Assembly (NCBI GenBank): GCA_963753285.1
Contig: CAVWBT010000008.1
Span: 112,045-176,044, forward strand
Length of the DNA: 64,000 nucleotides
Source: an uncultured bacterium
GTDB taxonomy: Bacteria > Actinomycetota > Acidimicrobiia > Spongiisociales > ZC4RG35
Direction of reading: 5' to 3'
Shown here: positions 8,063-19,090 of the stretch, one piece after another
Layout of the letters: each line of letters begins with the position of its first letter
Position numbering within the stretch: position 1 is the first letter of the stretch
Position numbers and translations under genes: made by a program
The notes under the pieces: model-generated
The model's database searches: none
Told to the model about the DNA's origin: nothing
The model's input: only the letters and a program-made list of their open reading frames with translations

Positions 8063-10811
8063 CAGCCGATGACGAGGTTGACCAGGTTCGGCTCCCGCAC
8101 GATCACCTTCCGAACCTCGCCCTCTGCGAGGTAGGCCTGGATCTTCTCAAGGCCCCGGGCCACGGCTTCGGCGTCCGCGGCAGAGATGTCGGCAGATACC
8201 TCGATCCGGTCACGCACCTTGCCGTTCACCTGGACCACCATCGTGACCAGATCGTCCTTTGCGGCCTCCGGATCGACGGCCGGCCACGAATGCACGTGGA
8301 TCGAGTCGCCGTGTCCCCGCAGCCGCCAGAGCTCTTCGGTGATGTGTGGGGCGACGGGTGCGAGCAACAGCAACAGCGTCTCGATGCCCTCGTTCCACAC
8401 CGTCACGCTCACGTTGGCTGCCCGTCGGGCGTCACCCAGCTGATTGCGCAGCGTCATGAGCGCAGCCACGGCGGTGTTCCACTTGAACTCCTCGAGATCG
8501 TCACCGACCTTCTGGATCGTCTGGTGGACGCGGCGTCGAAGCGTCACATCGGCGTCGGGATCGGCGCCACCCGGCTGATAGTCGGCCGTCCCGAGCTTCC
8601 AGACATCTTCGATGAAGCGCCGCGAGCCGACGATGCCGCGGCTGTCCCACGGACCGCCCTTCTGCCATTCGAATGCGAACATCAGATGGGTTCGGACCGT
8701 GTCGGCGCCGTACTCGGCCACCAGCTCGTCGGGGTTGACGACGTTGCCGCGCGATTTGGACATCCGCTGGACGTCCAGATGATGCTTCAGCTGGTTCACG
8801 TCGTTGGCGCCAGGGATGCCGGGGATCTCCACCGGCGTGCCCTCCGGGACCTCCACCGTCACGACTCCGTCTGCTGTCGACACGCCGAGGATGTTCTCGG
8901 TACGCCGCATCAGCTCACCGGCGATGATCCCACCCGAGGGCGCTCCGGTCGTGACCGTCACCTTGGACGCGATGATCCGGTTGCCATCGCGGGCGCCTTC
9001 GATGACGACGATGTCCCCTCGCCGCTCCTCGCCCAGGATCTGCCCCTGGTTCCGCAGCATCATGAAGGGCTCGTCGAACGCTCGCCCGATCGGCTTGTTG
9101 TGCTCCGCCATGATCTTCTCGGTGTCGGCGAACACGCCCATGTCCCGCATGGCCTTGACGAAGAACCGGGCGTAGAGGAGATGCATGACTGCGTGTTCGG
9201 CGCCGCCGGTGTAGGTGTCGACCGGCAGCCAGTAGGCGGCTTCCTCGGCGTCGAACGGCGCAGATTCCGAATGCGGCGAGAGATAGCGGAACCAGTACCA
9301 CGACGAGCACATGAACGTGTCCATCGTGTCGGTCTCGCGTCTGGCCGCGTTTCCATCGGAGTCGGTGACGGCCAGGAAGTACGGGTCGTCGGCGAGCGGG
9401 CTACGACCGTCGAACTCGACCTCGCGGGGCAGCATCACCGGCAGGTCATCGTCCGGAACCGGTTCGATCATGCCGTCGGCGCGGTGGATCATCGGGATCG
9501 GCGACCCCCAGTAGCGCTGGCGGGAGATCAGCCAGTCACGCAGGCGGTAGTTGATCGACTCGGTGCCGGCGCCGGTCTCCTCGAGATGATCGATGGCCGC
9601 AGCGACGGACGGGTTCGCCCTGCCCTTGGCATCGGTGGTCTCTACCCCAGTGATCGCTCCCGAATCGACCATCACACCCGGCCCGACGAAGGCATCGTCC
9701 ATCTCTTCTGCGACCAGCGGCATTCGGCACCTTCGGGTCGGATGACCGGCACGATGTCGAGTTCATAGCGGCGGGCGAAGGCGAAGTCGCGTTCGTCGTG
9801 GGCCGGAACGGCCATGATCGCCCCGGTGCCGTACGAGGACAGGACGTAGTCGGCGATCCACACCGGGATCTGCTCACCGTTGACAGGGTTGGTGGCGTAA
9901 CCGCCGGTGAAGACGCCGGTCTTCTCCTTGTCGTCCTCGAGTCGCTCGAGCTCGGTCTTCGATGCAGCTTGGGTCCGGTAGGCCTCGACGGCGTCGCGCT
10001 GGTCGTCGGACGTCAGCGCATCGACCAAGCCGTGTTCGGGGGCGAGGACCATGAACGTGGCGCCCCAGAGGGTGTCGGGGCGGGTGGTGAACACTCGGAT
10101 CGGCGTGCCGGCCCCGGTGGCGAACTCGACCTCGGCGCCTTCCGAGCGCCCGATCCAGTTGGTCTGCATCGACCGGATCGGCTCGGGCCAGTCGATCCCG
10201 TCGAACTCCAACAGCTCGTCGGCATAGTCGGTGATCTTGAAGAACCACTGTTCCATCGTCTTCTGGATGACCGGCTGGCCGGTCCGCTCGTCCTTGCCGT
10301 CGATCACCTGCTCGTTGGCGAGGACCGTTTGCAGCGTCGGAGACCAGTTGACGACCGCCTCCCCCCGGTAGGCGATGCCGTGTCGGAACATCTGCGAGAA
10401 GAACCACTCGGTCCATTTGTAGTAGTCGGGCTCACACGAGACGGCCTCGCGTTCCCAGTCGAACATCGCTCCCATCGACCTGAGCTGGCCCCGCATCCGC
10501 TCGATGTTGTCGAACGTCCACGTGGCGGGGTGGACTCCGCGCTGGACGGCGGCGTTCTCGGCGGGCAGCCCAAAAGCGTCGAACCCCATCGGGAAGAGAA
10601 CGTTGAAGCCCTTCATCCGCATGTACCGGGCCCGGGCGTCCGAGGGGGTCATGGCGTACCAGTGACCCATGTGCAGATCCCCGGACGGATAGGGGAGCAT
10701 CGTGAGGGCGTAGTGCTTGGGCCGGTCCCAATCGACCTTCGAGCGGTACAGCCCCTCGGACTCCCACCGTTCCTGCCAGCGTCGTTCGATCTCTTGATGG
10801 TCATATGACAT
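8062..10811 (-). CDS. leuS: Leucyl-tRNA synthetase, one frameshift near 9723
   Basis: [69 protein letters not shown]; split between ORFs 9672-10874 and 8062-9723. Confidence 0.95.
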
Positions 10812-10897
10812 GTGGTTGCTCAGGGTACTCACCGGTGCCCAGCGACCTGTCTGGATAATGAGCGGCGCGGCCACCGGACGGCAGGAGGTGGGGCGCA

Positions 10898-11011
10898 GTG
10901 GACGATGCGTCTGGGACGCCGAGGACGGCGGTCATCGACATTCTCCACTCGCAGATCGGCGTATTCACCGAGTTCCGTAGGCAGATCGCAGCTTCGATCA
11001 CGAACACCTGA
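10898..11011 (+). CDS. Putative 37-aa small protein
   Basis: SD AGGAGGTG (10883-10890) 7 nt before GTG; [37 protein letters not shown]. Confidence 0.35.
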   Translation: MDDASGTPRTAVIDILHSQIGVFTEFRRQIAASITNT

Positions 11012-11065
11012 CAATCATCGCGAACTTGGTCGCCGGCGATGCGATGCGCAGCGGCGCGTATCGTC

Positions 11066-11964
11066 GTGACTGTGGAGATCTCGAACCCGGACAAGGTCTT
11101 GTTCCCCGATGCGGGGCTGACGAAGGCCGATCTGATCCGGCACTACGAGAGTGTCGGGGAGCGGATGCTGCCCTTCGTCGCCAACTCCCCTCTGACGCTC
11201 GAGCGCTATCCGAGCGGGATCGACAAGAAGGGCTTCCGCCAGAAGAACGCCTCCAGTCACTTCCCCGAGTACATCGGCCGCATTGAAGTCGACAAGAACG
11301 ACGGTGGCTCGACGGAGTATCCGACGATCGACACCGTCGAGGGCATCGCCTATCTGGCCAACCAGGGCACGATCACGTTTCACCCATGGACATCACGACT
11401 ACCGGAACTCGACCGACCCGACTTCCTCGTCTCGACCTCGATCCGACCGAGGGCGACATCGAAGGAGTTCGAGTCGTTGCCGGAGTCGCTCGGACGTGTC
11501 TGAACGAGTTCGGGCTCGAGTCGATGCTCGCCACCAGCGGCTCGAAGGGGTTCCACATCTGGGTACCGATCGTTCCTGACCACAGCTTCGACGTCGTCGG
11601 GATCGATGGCGCGGGCGCTGGCCGGCCTCGTCGTCGATCCGGGACGACCACGCCACCACCGAGTTCCTGAAGGAAGATCGGGCCGGCCGGGTCTTCGTCG
11701 ACTGGCTGAGAAACGGGTCGGGGATCCTCGATCGCCTCACCCTGGTCGGTCAGAGCCAGAGCCGGGCGCGCCCGTCGTCACGCCGATCCCGTGGAACATC
11801 TCGGATACGGCCGAGCCGGATCAGTGGTCGATCACCGATGTCGACACCGCACCCGAAGTCGGATCCCTGCACCAGACACTCGATCCCGATCCGATCATCG
11901 AAGCGCCACCGACGGCGGAGTGGATCTCGAGACCAGTTTCGACCGGTTCGGAAGGAAACGCTGA
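11066..11964 (+). pseudogene. ligD: LigD polymerase (PrimPol) domain protein with about 6 frameshifts
   Basis: SNPDKVLFP, RYPSG, FRQK, DLDP, SGSKGFH, VFVDWLRN, PWSVRA distributed over alternating frames. Confidence 0.8.
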
Positions 11965-12225
11965 CGCAGCTCCGCAGCGCACCGATCAGCGTCCGCCCAC
12001 ACCTGCTCCCCTGCCAACGGCGCTCGCAATCAGCCCGCCGATCGGGGTGGAGGACATGACAGGCGACGTACCGTTGCAGCCCAGGTGCCGAGCCGCGGTG
12101 CGATACGCTCGCGATCGGTACCGGCGCCGACCTGAGCCACGAGGACAGCGCCGGTCGCCATGTCGCGAGTGTGGAAGAGATGCGGCGTGATAACGTCGAC
12201 CACCGGCAGAGGTGGGAAGAGGTTC

Positions 12226-15200
12226 GTGCTGGAGATTCGCATCCTTGGTCCGCTCGAGGTGACCGATGACGGCGTGAAGGTCTCGGTGCGGGGCAGACGG
12301 CGGGTCGCATTGCTCGCCGGGTTGGCGGCGAGTCCCGACATGGTGGCGTCGCGCGACCGGTTGGTCGAGGCAGTGTGGGCCGATGCGCCGCCAAGAGATC
12401 CCGTGCATGCGTTGCACTCGCTGGTGTCCCAAGTGCGACAGGCGCTGGGGAACGCGGACCTGATCGAGGCGACCGGCGACAGCTATACGCTGCAACACGA
12501 CCTGGTTGAAGTGGACGTGACTGCGTTTCGTCGGCTGGTTGCGGACGGGAGACGGGCGGCCGACGCGGGGGATCAGGCGCAGGCCTCCCGCCTCTTCGCC
12601 GAAGCACTCGGCTTGTGGCGGGGCCAAGTGTTGGACGGGATCGACGTACCGGCGGTACTGCTCCCCGAGGTCGGCGAACTAGAGGAGTTGCACCGAGCAG
12701 CGATCGAGGCTCGGCTGCAGGCGGAACTGGAACTGGGCCATCACGATCGAGTGATCGGAGAACTCCGAGCGCTGACCCTGGCCGATCCGTTGCGCGAACG
12801 GGCATGGGGCATGTTGATGGTGGCCCTATATCGGTCGGGACGCCAGTCGGAGGCGTTACGCGCGTACCAGGACGCCCGGGAGCATCTCGGCGAACTGGTG
12901 GGAATCGAGCCAGGGCCGGAGCTGCGCGACCTGGAGGAGAAGATCCTGGTGCAGGACAGCTCGATCGCGTCCGCTAAACCACCTGCTGCACGAATGCACA
13001 ACCTCCCGGAGTTCTGGACGGCCTTCATCGGACGTCTCGACGAACTGGAGGCGATCACTCGACTGTTCGATCGATCGCGACTGGTGACGCTGGTGGGCCC
13101 CGGTGGCGTGGGCAAGACGCGGCTGGCGGTCGAGGCCGCGCGCGTGCTGATCGCAGATGGAGGCGAAGCCCGGTTCGTCGATCTATCTCAGATCGAGCGA
13201 CCTGACGACGTGGTGCCGGCGGTCGGTGTGGCGCTCGGACTGTTGGAGTCGAACTACGACGCGGTTCCCCACAGCGGTCTCGACATCGAAGCCCTGGTCA
13301 CCTCGTACACCGCGTCGAGGGAACCCCTGATCGTCCTGGACAACTGCGAGCAGGTGATCGACGAGGCGGCCAGGATCGCCGGCCTCGTTCTGAACGCCGG
13401 TCCCGGTGTGCGAGTGCTTGCGACGAGCCGAGAGGGGCTGCGGGTAGCAGGCGAACAGGTTTGGGAAGCGCCCTCGCTGACCCTCTTCGGCTTCGAAGGC
13501 CCCGATGGCGCCGTGGACTTGCTCGGCTCGGACGCCGTGCGGCTGTTTGCGGATCGGGCATCGGCGGCTTCGACGACGTTCGAGTTGACAGCCGACAACA
13601 TCGATCAGGTGGCATCGGTGTGTCACCGGCTGGAGGGGATGGCGCTGGCGATCGAGTTGGCGGCGGCCCAGGTGCGGGTGTTCGGGCTGCCGGAGATCCT
13701 GGAGCGGCTGGACCGGCAGCTGGCGTTGCTGGCGGGAGGGCCGCGCAGTGCGGATGCGCGGCATCAGTCGCTACGGGCGGCGATCGAGTGGAGCTACCGG
13801 TTGCTGACCCAGGACGAGCAGCGCGTGCTGAACGGCCTGGCGGTGTTCGCCGGAACCTTCGACGTGGCGGCAGTGGAGGAACTGTTCGCCGACGCGCCCG
13901 TCGACGGAGTGTTCGGCGAGCTGGTGCGCAAGTCGCTCGTGGTGGCGGAGGCGGGCCCAGGAGGGAGACGGCGCTACCGGTTGCTCGAGAGTGTGCGCGA
14001 GTTCGCCGGAGCCGAGCTGGCGACCACCGACGATGCGATGCTGCTCCCGGCTCGCCACGCCGAGCTGTTCCTCGATCGGGCGGAGGCCGCATGGGAGCAG
14101 TCAGAGACGAAGGATCGCCGTCTCGTGGCTGAGCGGCTGCTGCTCGACCTCGCCAACCTGCGTGCTGCGCTGGCCTGGCTCCAGAACAACGACACCGATC
14201 GTCTGTTGCAATTGTGCGGGGCGCTCGGGTGGTTCTGGGAGTTCCACTACCTCGACGCCGACGCCGAGCAGTGGACCGAACACGCATTGGCGACCACCGT
14301 CGACGAGGACTCCCCTCGGCGTGCGAGAGCACTCGAGGCAGCCGCTGCCGGGCTGCGCTCAGCAGGCGTGGCACGGCGCGATCACGCAATCGAGCGCGCA
14401 TGGCAGGCTGTGGCGATGTATCGCCGGCTCGGCGACGAACACGGCGAGGCCCGCACCGGACTCTGGCTGGGGCGACTGGACCTGCTCTTCGAGGAGCTCA
14501 CCGAACGAGGGCTCTCCGTGGAGCGGATCTGCGAGCTGTATCGAGAGAGCGGCTCGAGGTGGGGGTACGCGTCGGCAACGTTCAAGCATGCCGGCTACCT
14601 CATCTGGGTCGACCGCACCCGCTCGTTCGCGCTCGCCGGCGAGGCGGCCGACATCTTCCTCGAGCTCGGCGACGAGGTGTCGTGGGCACAGGTCGTCGTG
14701 TTGCGCAATTTCATGGCACTGATGACGGAAGCCGATGTGGATTTCGACGATGACGTCGCTCGCGCGCTCGCGACACTCGAACTGCGTGACAGTGACCGCT
14801 CGATCTTTTCAGACCTGCTCCGCGCTTCGCTGGCCCGTGAGCACTTCGACTGGGAGACGGCCGAGCGGCACGCCCTACAGGCGCTCGAACTGGCGATGGA
14901 CACACCGGACCAGCACAAGGGCATGACTGCGGGGTACCTCGCATGGATCAAGTTCGACTCGGGCGATCCTGCCGGAGCCGTGGAGTACTTCCGACTTGCA
15001 GCCGACGCCTACCGGCCTCACCAGAACTTCCACGGTCAACTCCACGTGGTCGAAGCACTCATGACCGTCGCAGCGGGCATGGATCGCTTCCTGCTCGGCG
15101 CCCGTCTCCACGGCGCGGCGCGCTCTTTTCGGACTGCGCTGGTCGACGGGCCCTTCCGCGAGACCGGCTATGACATGCACGAGTGGGACGCACGCAGATA

Positions 15201-15343
15201 CGAGCCGTCACTTGATCGCATCCGCACAAACCTGACCGCCCGGGAGTTCGAAACCGCAGTCACCGAAGGCGAGCGGTTGGAGCCTCGACCAGGCGGTAGA
15301 CGTGGCAACGACGACCATGGCCGACTCTCGAATCGACCACTGA
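12226..15343 (+). CDS. AfsR/SARP-type regulator (wHTH-BTAD-ATPase-TPR); a frameshift near 15280 extends the ORF to 15567
   Basis: ILGPLEV, ALGLWRG, PLRER..LMVALYRSGRQ, GPGGVGKT, LDNCE, LAIELAA; natural ending SLDQAVDVA...DH* is in another frame. Confidence 0.9.
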
Positions 15344-15520
15344 GCCGGTTCGCCTCTACCTCACGACGACTGCGCGACACTGCCTCGACGGAGATCCAGA
15401 GCGAGCTCGCACGTGTGAGCGGGCGTGCGAGCGATCTGCGATCGATGTGCGAGGGGCGATACGGAGAGTGGCACCTGTCAGCCGGATCCAACGGGGAACC
15501 GGCGAGGAAGGACAGGGAAA

Positions 15521-15986
15521 ATGACTGCTCAACTCGAACTCCGCAACACGGGCATCACCGCCGATAGCCCGACCGTCACGGGTCGGCGGAGCGTTCGCAT
15601 TGCGATCCTGGCAGCGATCGTCGCCGCCGTCGCCGGTGGGCTGATCGCAACGCAGGGCGACTCCGGCATGACGTCTTCGGATGTTCCGCCCGTTGGCGCA
15701 TCGGCTGTTCCAGCGGTCGCCTCCGTCGTCGCTCCTGAGGGCTACTGGAACGCCTACCTCAACGAATGGGTCGAACTCGGCGCCGCCGAAACCACCGCAC
15801 CCACCGGCTACTGGAACGCCTACCTCAACGAATGGGTCCAACCTCGGCGCCGCCGAGACCACCGCACCCACCGGCTACTGGAACGCCTACCTCAACGAAT
15901 GGGTCCAACTCGGCGCCATCGAGACCACCGCACCCACCGGCTACTGGAACGCCTACCTCAACGAATGGGTCCACCTCGGCGGGTGA
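15521..15986 (+). CDS. Secreted/anchored protein with four GYWNAYLNEWV repeats (1-bp insertion near 15842)
   Basis: Purine-rich RBS-like stretch, basic then hydrophobic N-terminus, 22-aa repeats; stop at 15986 once the indel is corrected. Confidence 0.7.
15740..15983 (+). repeat. Tandem repeat, 66-bp unit, about 3.7 copies
   Basis: Units start at 15740, 15806, 15873 and 15939 (GGCTACTGGAACGCCTACCTCAACGAATGGGTC...). Confidence 0.95.
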
Positions 15987-16069
15987 CGGAGCGAGTGCGT
16001 CACGTGCGACCTCGGAGGACGCCACATCGATGCTCGCAACCCGGGGAGCGGACCGGAAGGTCCCCGTCG

Positions 16070-16103
16070 GCCCGGCCCGACCCAGTTCTGGGTCGGGCCG
16101 GGC
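16070..16103 (+). terminator. GC-rich hairpin, probable terminator
   Basis: GCCCGGCCCGACCCAG-tt-CTGGGTCGGGCCGGGC. Confidence 0.7.
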
Positions 16104-16281
16104 TCGTTGTCGAGTGCTTCCAGCGTCTCGTTGAATGGGCGGCAGCACCGGCGCTACCGTCCAACCGGTGCCGAATTGGACACCGACACCGGGCGATGAC
16201 GTCGCCCTACTACCGGCTCGTGCGGGTTTCGAGTCAGCGCATTCCGTGATCGGCCGACTCGTAGGTCTCGAGGGCTGACCG

Positions 16282-16629
16282 ATGCAACTGCATCACGCCC
16301 AGGTCGCCATTCCGCCCGGTGGCGAGGACGCGGCACGGGCGTTCTGGATCGACGTCGTCGGATTCGCCGAGATCCCCAAGCCCGAGCCGTTGATCTCGCG
16401 TGGAGGATTCTGGATCCGACACGGCGAGGCCGAGATCCACCTCGGGATCGAGGAACCGTTCGCCCCGGCCCGCAAGGCACACCCGGGTCTCGTCGTCGAG
16501 GACATCGACGATCTCGAGGATCGCCTCCGGATCGCCGGCTACGAGATCCGACCGGACACACCGATTTACGGAATGCGCCGGTTACACATCTCAGACCCGT
16601 TCGGGAACCGGGTCGAGTTTCTCGGTTGA
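16282..16629 (+). CDS. VOC/glyoxalase family protein
   Basis: LHHAQV, ARAFW, EIHLG, KAHPG, DPFGNRVE. Confidence 0.9.
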   Translation: MQLHHAQVAIPPGGEDAARAFWIDVVGFAEIPKPEPLISRGGFWIRHGEAEIHLGIEEPFAPARKAHPGLVVEDIDDLEDRLRIAGYEIRPDTPIYGMRRLHISDPFGNRVEFLG

Positions 16630-17184
16630 GCTCTCGACCCGCCGGCGGGCCGGGGTATCGCCGTCCGGCAGCTTGTGCAACGCCCGATAGATCGAGAAGA
16701 ACACGACGCCGATGACCATGACGCCCACCACCACCCGGTACACCGGGTTGGTGACGTCGGTGCCGGCCATGCCGGCATGGAGCGTGGCGACGAAGAACAG
16801 TCCGAAGCTCGACATGTGAACCCACTTCCAGAGCCGGCGGGGCAGCCGCTTCATCGCCAGCGAGGTCGCCTGGACGGCGATCAACGCATAGAGGGCGACC
16901 ACACCCCAGGCAACGGCGGCGGGACGCCACTCCGAGGCGAACGGCACGAACAACTCACGCACCCCGAACTCGACGTAGTCGTCGAGGACCAGTCCAAGCA
17001 GGTGCACCCCGGTGAAGGTGACCGACAGACCGCCGAGCCAACGATGCAGGTCGAGGACCCAGGCGGGGCGCGGCTTGCGCCCGAGGATCCGGGTCGCGAC
17101 GAGGATTCCCCAGATGACGGCGATCGCCAGCATCACCCAGGCAACGATCCCCGAAGCCCTGGCCACATACCACCAGATTTTCAT
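16591..17184 (-). CDS. Ferric reductase-like (MsrQ-like) heme membrane protein
   Basis: WYVARASG, DLHRWLG, VHLL, WKWVHMSS, TLHAG: four candidate heme His residues. Confidence 0.85.
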   Translation of the reverse strand: MKIWWYVARASGIVAWVMLAIAVIWGILVATRILGRKPRPAWVLDLHRWLGGLSVTFTGVHLLGLVLDDYVEFGVRELFVPFASEWRPAAVAWGVVALYALIAVQATSLAMKRLPRRLWKWVHMSSFGLFFVATLHAGMAGTDVTNPVYRVVVGVMVIGVVFFSIYRALHKLPDGDTPARRRVESSTEKLDPVPERV

Positions 17185-18098
17185 GCCGGCACCGCCAGTC
17201 GTGGCGTGTGACTGATCCCACCCGCCCGGTCGACCATCAGCCCGTGAAGACCGAGGCGCTCGAGGAGCTGGAGCCCATCCACGGGCCCGGACACGAGCGC
17301 AGCGGTAGCAGCCACCTCGGCGGTCGCCGCGTCCTGCGCCACGACGGTCACCGATGCGATGTCGGAGCCGACGGGTGCCCCGGTCCTCGGATCGATCACA
17401 TGCGGCGCCGGGCCCTCCGGCGTGAGCCATCGACCGTGCAGTGCGGAGCTGGTGGCGACGCCACCCGCTGGGAGATGCAGCACAGCGATGTCACGCCGGA
17501 GGTCCGACGGATCTTGGATCGAGATGGTCCATTCGCCGCCCTGAGGCGACACGCCGGCGACGGCGATGTCGCCCCCGATGGAGACCAGGGCTCCGTCGGC
17601 ACCTCGGCTGAGCACGGCTTCGACGGCGATGTCGGCGGCGAGACCCTTGCCGATGCCGCCCGGGTCGAACCCGACCCCGGCGTCCAGGCGGGCGCTCGTC
17701 CGCCGCTTGTCGACATGGATTGCACGAACGCCCCTGGCGGGCTTGGGCCTGGCGAACCACCTTGTCGGCATTCCCGCATCGAGGCTGGTGACGTATCCGA
17801 GCGACTCGACGTTCTCGAGAACCGTGGGATCGAATCGACCGCCGGTCATCTCCGAGCCGCTGCGAGCTGCCTCGAGCAGTCTGATCGTGTCGGCATGCAC
17901 CGACACCGCCGAGCCGGCAGCCTGGTTCATCCGCGTGACGTCGCTGTCTGCGAGGAAGCGGCTCCAGCGGAGTTCGAGACGCTCGAGGAGCCGCCTGACC
18001 CGGCTCGTCTCGCTGCGTCCGGCACCCACGACCAGCACCTGCGCTTCACAGCCCATGACCCGAAAGCGGGACTCAGCGACTCGCACTGGTTCTTGCAT
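17181..18098 (-). CDS. apbE: FAD:protein FMN transferase
   Basis: FRVMGC, WSRF, FDPTV, DPGGIGKG, GGD, VATS, HVIDPRTG. Confidence 0.92.
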   Translation of the reverse strand: MQEPVRVAESRFRVMGCEAQVLVVGAGRSETSRVRRLLERLELRWSRFLADSDVTRMNQAAGSAVSVHADTIRLLEAARSGSEMTGGRFDPTVLENVESLGYVTSLDAGMPTRWFARPKPARGVRAIHVDKRRTSARLDAGVGFDPGGIGKGLAADIAVEAVLSRGADGALVSIGGDIAVAGVSPQGGEWTISIQDPSDLRRDIAVLHLPAGGVATSSALHGRWLTPEGPAPHVIDPRTGAPVGSDIASVTVVAQDAATAEVAATAALVSGPVDGLQLLERLGLHGLMVDRAGGISHTPRLAVPA

Positions 18099-18441
18099 TC
18101 GATGCCTGGGCCCGAACGGGCCGAGCGACGGTGATCGTCTGGATGGCCGGCTGCTGTGCCCGAAGCGGCTGTACGGCGGTAGGGCGAGACGCGGCTGCCG
18201 CGTCGGATGCCTGGAACGCAGCGAGGGGCTGGGTCTGAAAGACCGGCGCCTCGACGACCTCGACCACCCGGTCGGCCTGGGCCATGGCGGTCACCATCGT
18301 CAACACCGCAGCGGTACCGGCGCCGGCGGCGAGGACACGAGAGGACTCGGCAGGTCGGCGACGTTTCCCACTCTTCCGGCCGGCGCGCCTCCGCTCCAGC
18401 GCGATCAGGCGTTCGGCCGTCGAGGGATCAGTCGTCGTCAT
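18073..18441 (-). CDS. Small membrane-anchored protein ending ...ARTSASR
   Basis: Basic N-terminus, one TM segment, low-complexity tail; overlaps both neighbouring genes. Confidence 0.6.
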   Translation of the reverse strand: MTTTDPSTAERLIALERRRAGRKSGKRRRPAESSRVLAAGAGTAAVLTMVTAMAQADRVVEVVEAPVFQTQPLAAFQASDAAAASRPTAVQPLRAQQPAIQTITVARPVRAQASNARTSASR

Positions 18442-18967
18442 AGCTGCCCTCGTCGTCGTCATAGCTGCCCTCGTCGTCGTAGCCCTGCGACTCGCTTCCG
18501 TGGTCGTCATCGTCATAGCTGCCGGCCGCAGGCGCCGGGGTCTCGTCGATGACGTCGACCACAACCTGATCGCCGATCACCGACGCCGAGAACGCAATCA
18601 CCTGACTGCTCGACGTGAATCGGATCGAGACGCCGTCGGTCGATGGCACCTGTGTGGCAGTCCACTGTTGGTCGACGTCGATGGAGGCGACAGCGAGCAT
18701 GTCGGCGGTCCGCGTGAGCGTCACGACACCGACGCCCTCGACCTGATACGCCAGTGTTTGACTCGCTTCCGTGGTGGCGGTCACTTCCTGTACAGGAACG
18801 TCGACGAACGCATCGTCGGCGACCGTGGATACGATCGAAGGCATCACATCCGCCTCGTCCCCGCTTCCCGACAAGATGCCGAAGTTCGCCGCCAAGGCCG
18901 CGGTACCGGCCACGACGACGGCAACGACCGAGGCCGCCGCAGCGAGAGCCGTTCTGTTGATCTTCAC
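18428..18967 (-). CDS. Secreted protein with acidic YDDEGS-repeat tail
   Basis: GGAGG RBS, GTG start, signal peptide, C-terminus GYDDEGSYDDDEGSYDDD. Confidence 0.7.
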   Translation of the reverse strand: MKINRTALAAAASVVAVVVAGTAALAANFGILSGSGDEADVMPSIVSTVADDAFVDVPVQEVTATTEASQTLAYQVEGVGVVTLTRTADMLAVASIDVDQQWTATQVPSTDGVSIRFTSSSQVIAFSASVIGDQVVVDVIDETPAPAAGSYDDDDHGSESQGYDDEGSYDDDEGSYDDD

Positions 18968-19090
18968 TGTTCCTCCAGAGTTCGGGTTCGTGTGGTCAAC
19001 GTACGACGAGCCGTGCAAGGCCCGAGGCATCGCCAGGCAAAGGTTCGGTAAAGACCCGCACGGCACGCGAGATCCGATGCCATCCTCTGT

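Noticed and set aside
15280-15567. Extended C-terminus of the BTAD regulator
   Set aside because: A 1-bp indel; the typical ending is in another frame, and the extension overlaps the next gene
15740-15983. Possible CRISPR array (33-bp repeat + 33-bp spacer appearance)
   Set aside because: The 'spacers' are near-identical, the period is 66 bp in frame within a coding sequence, and there are no cas genes
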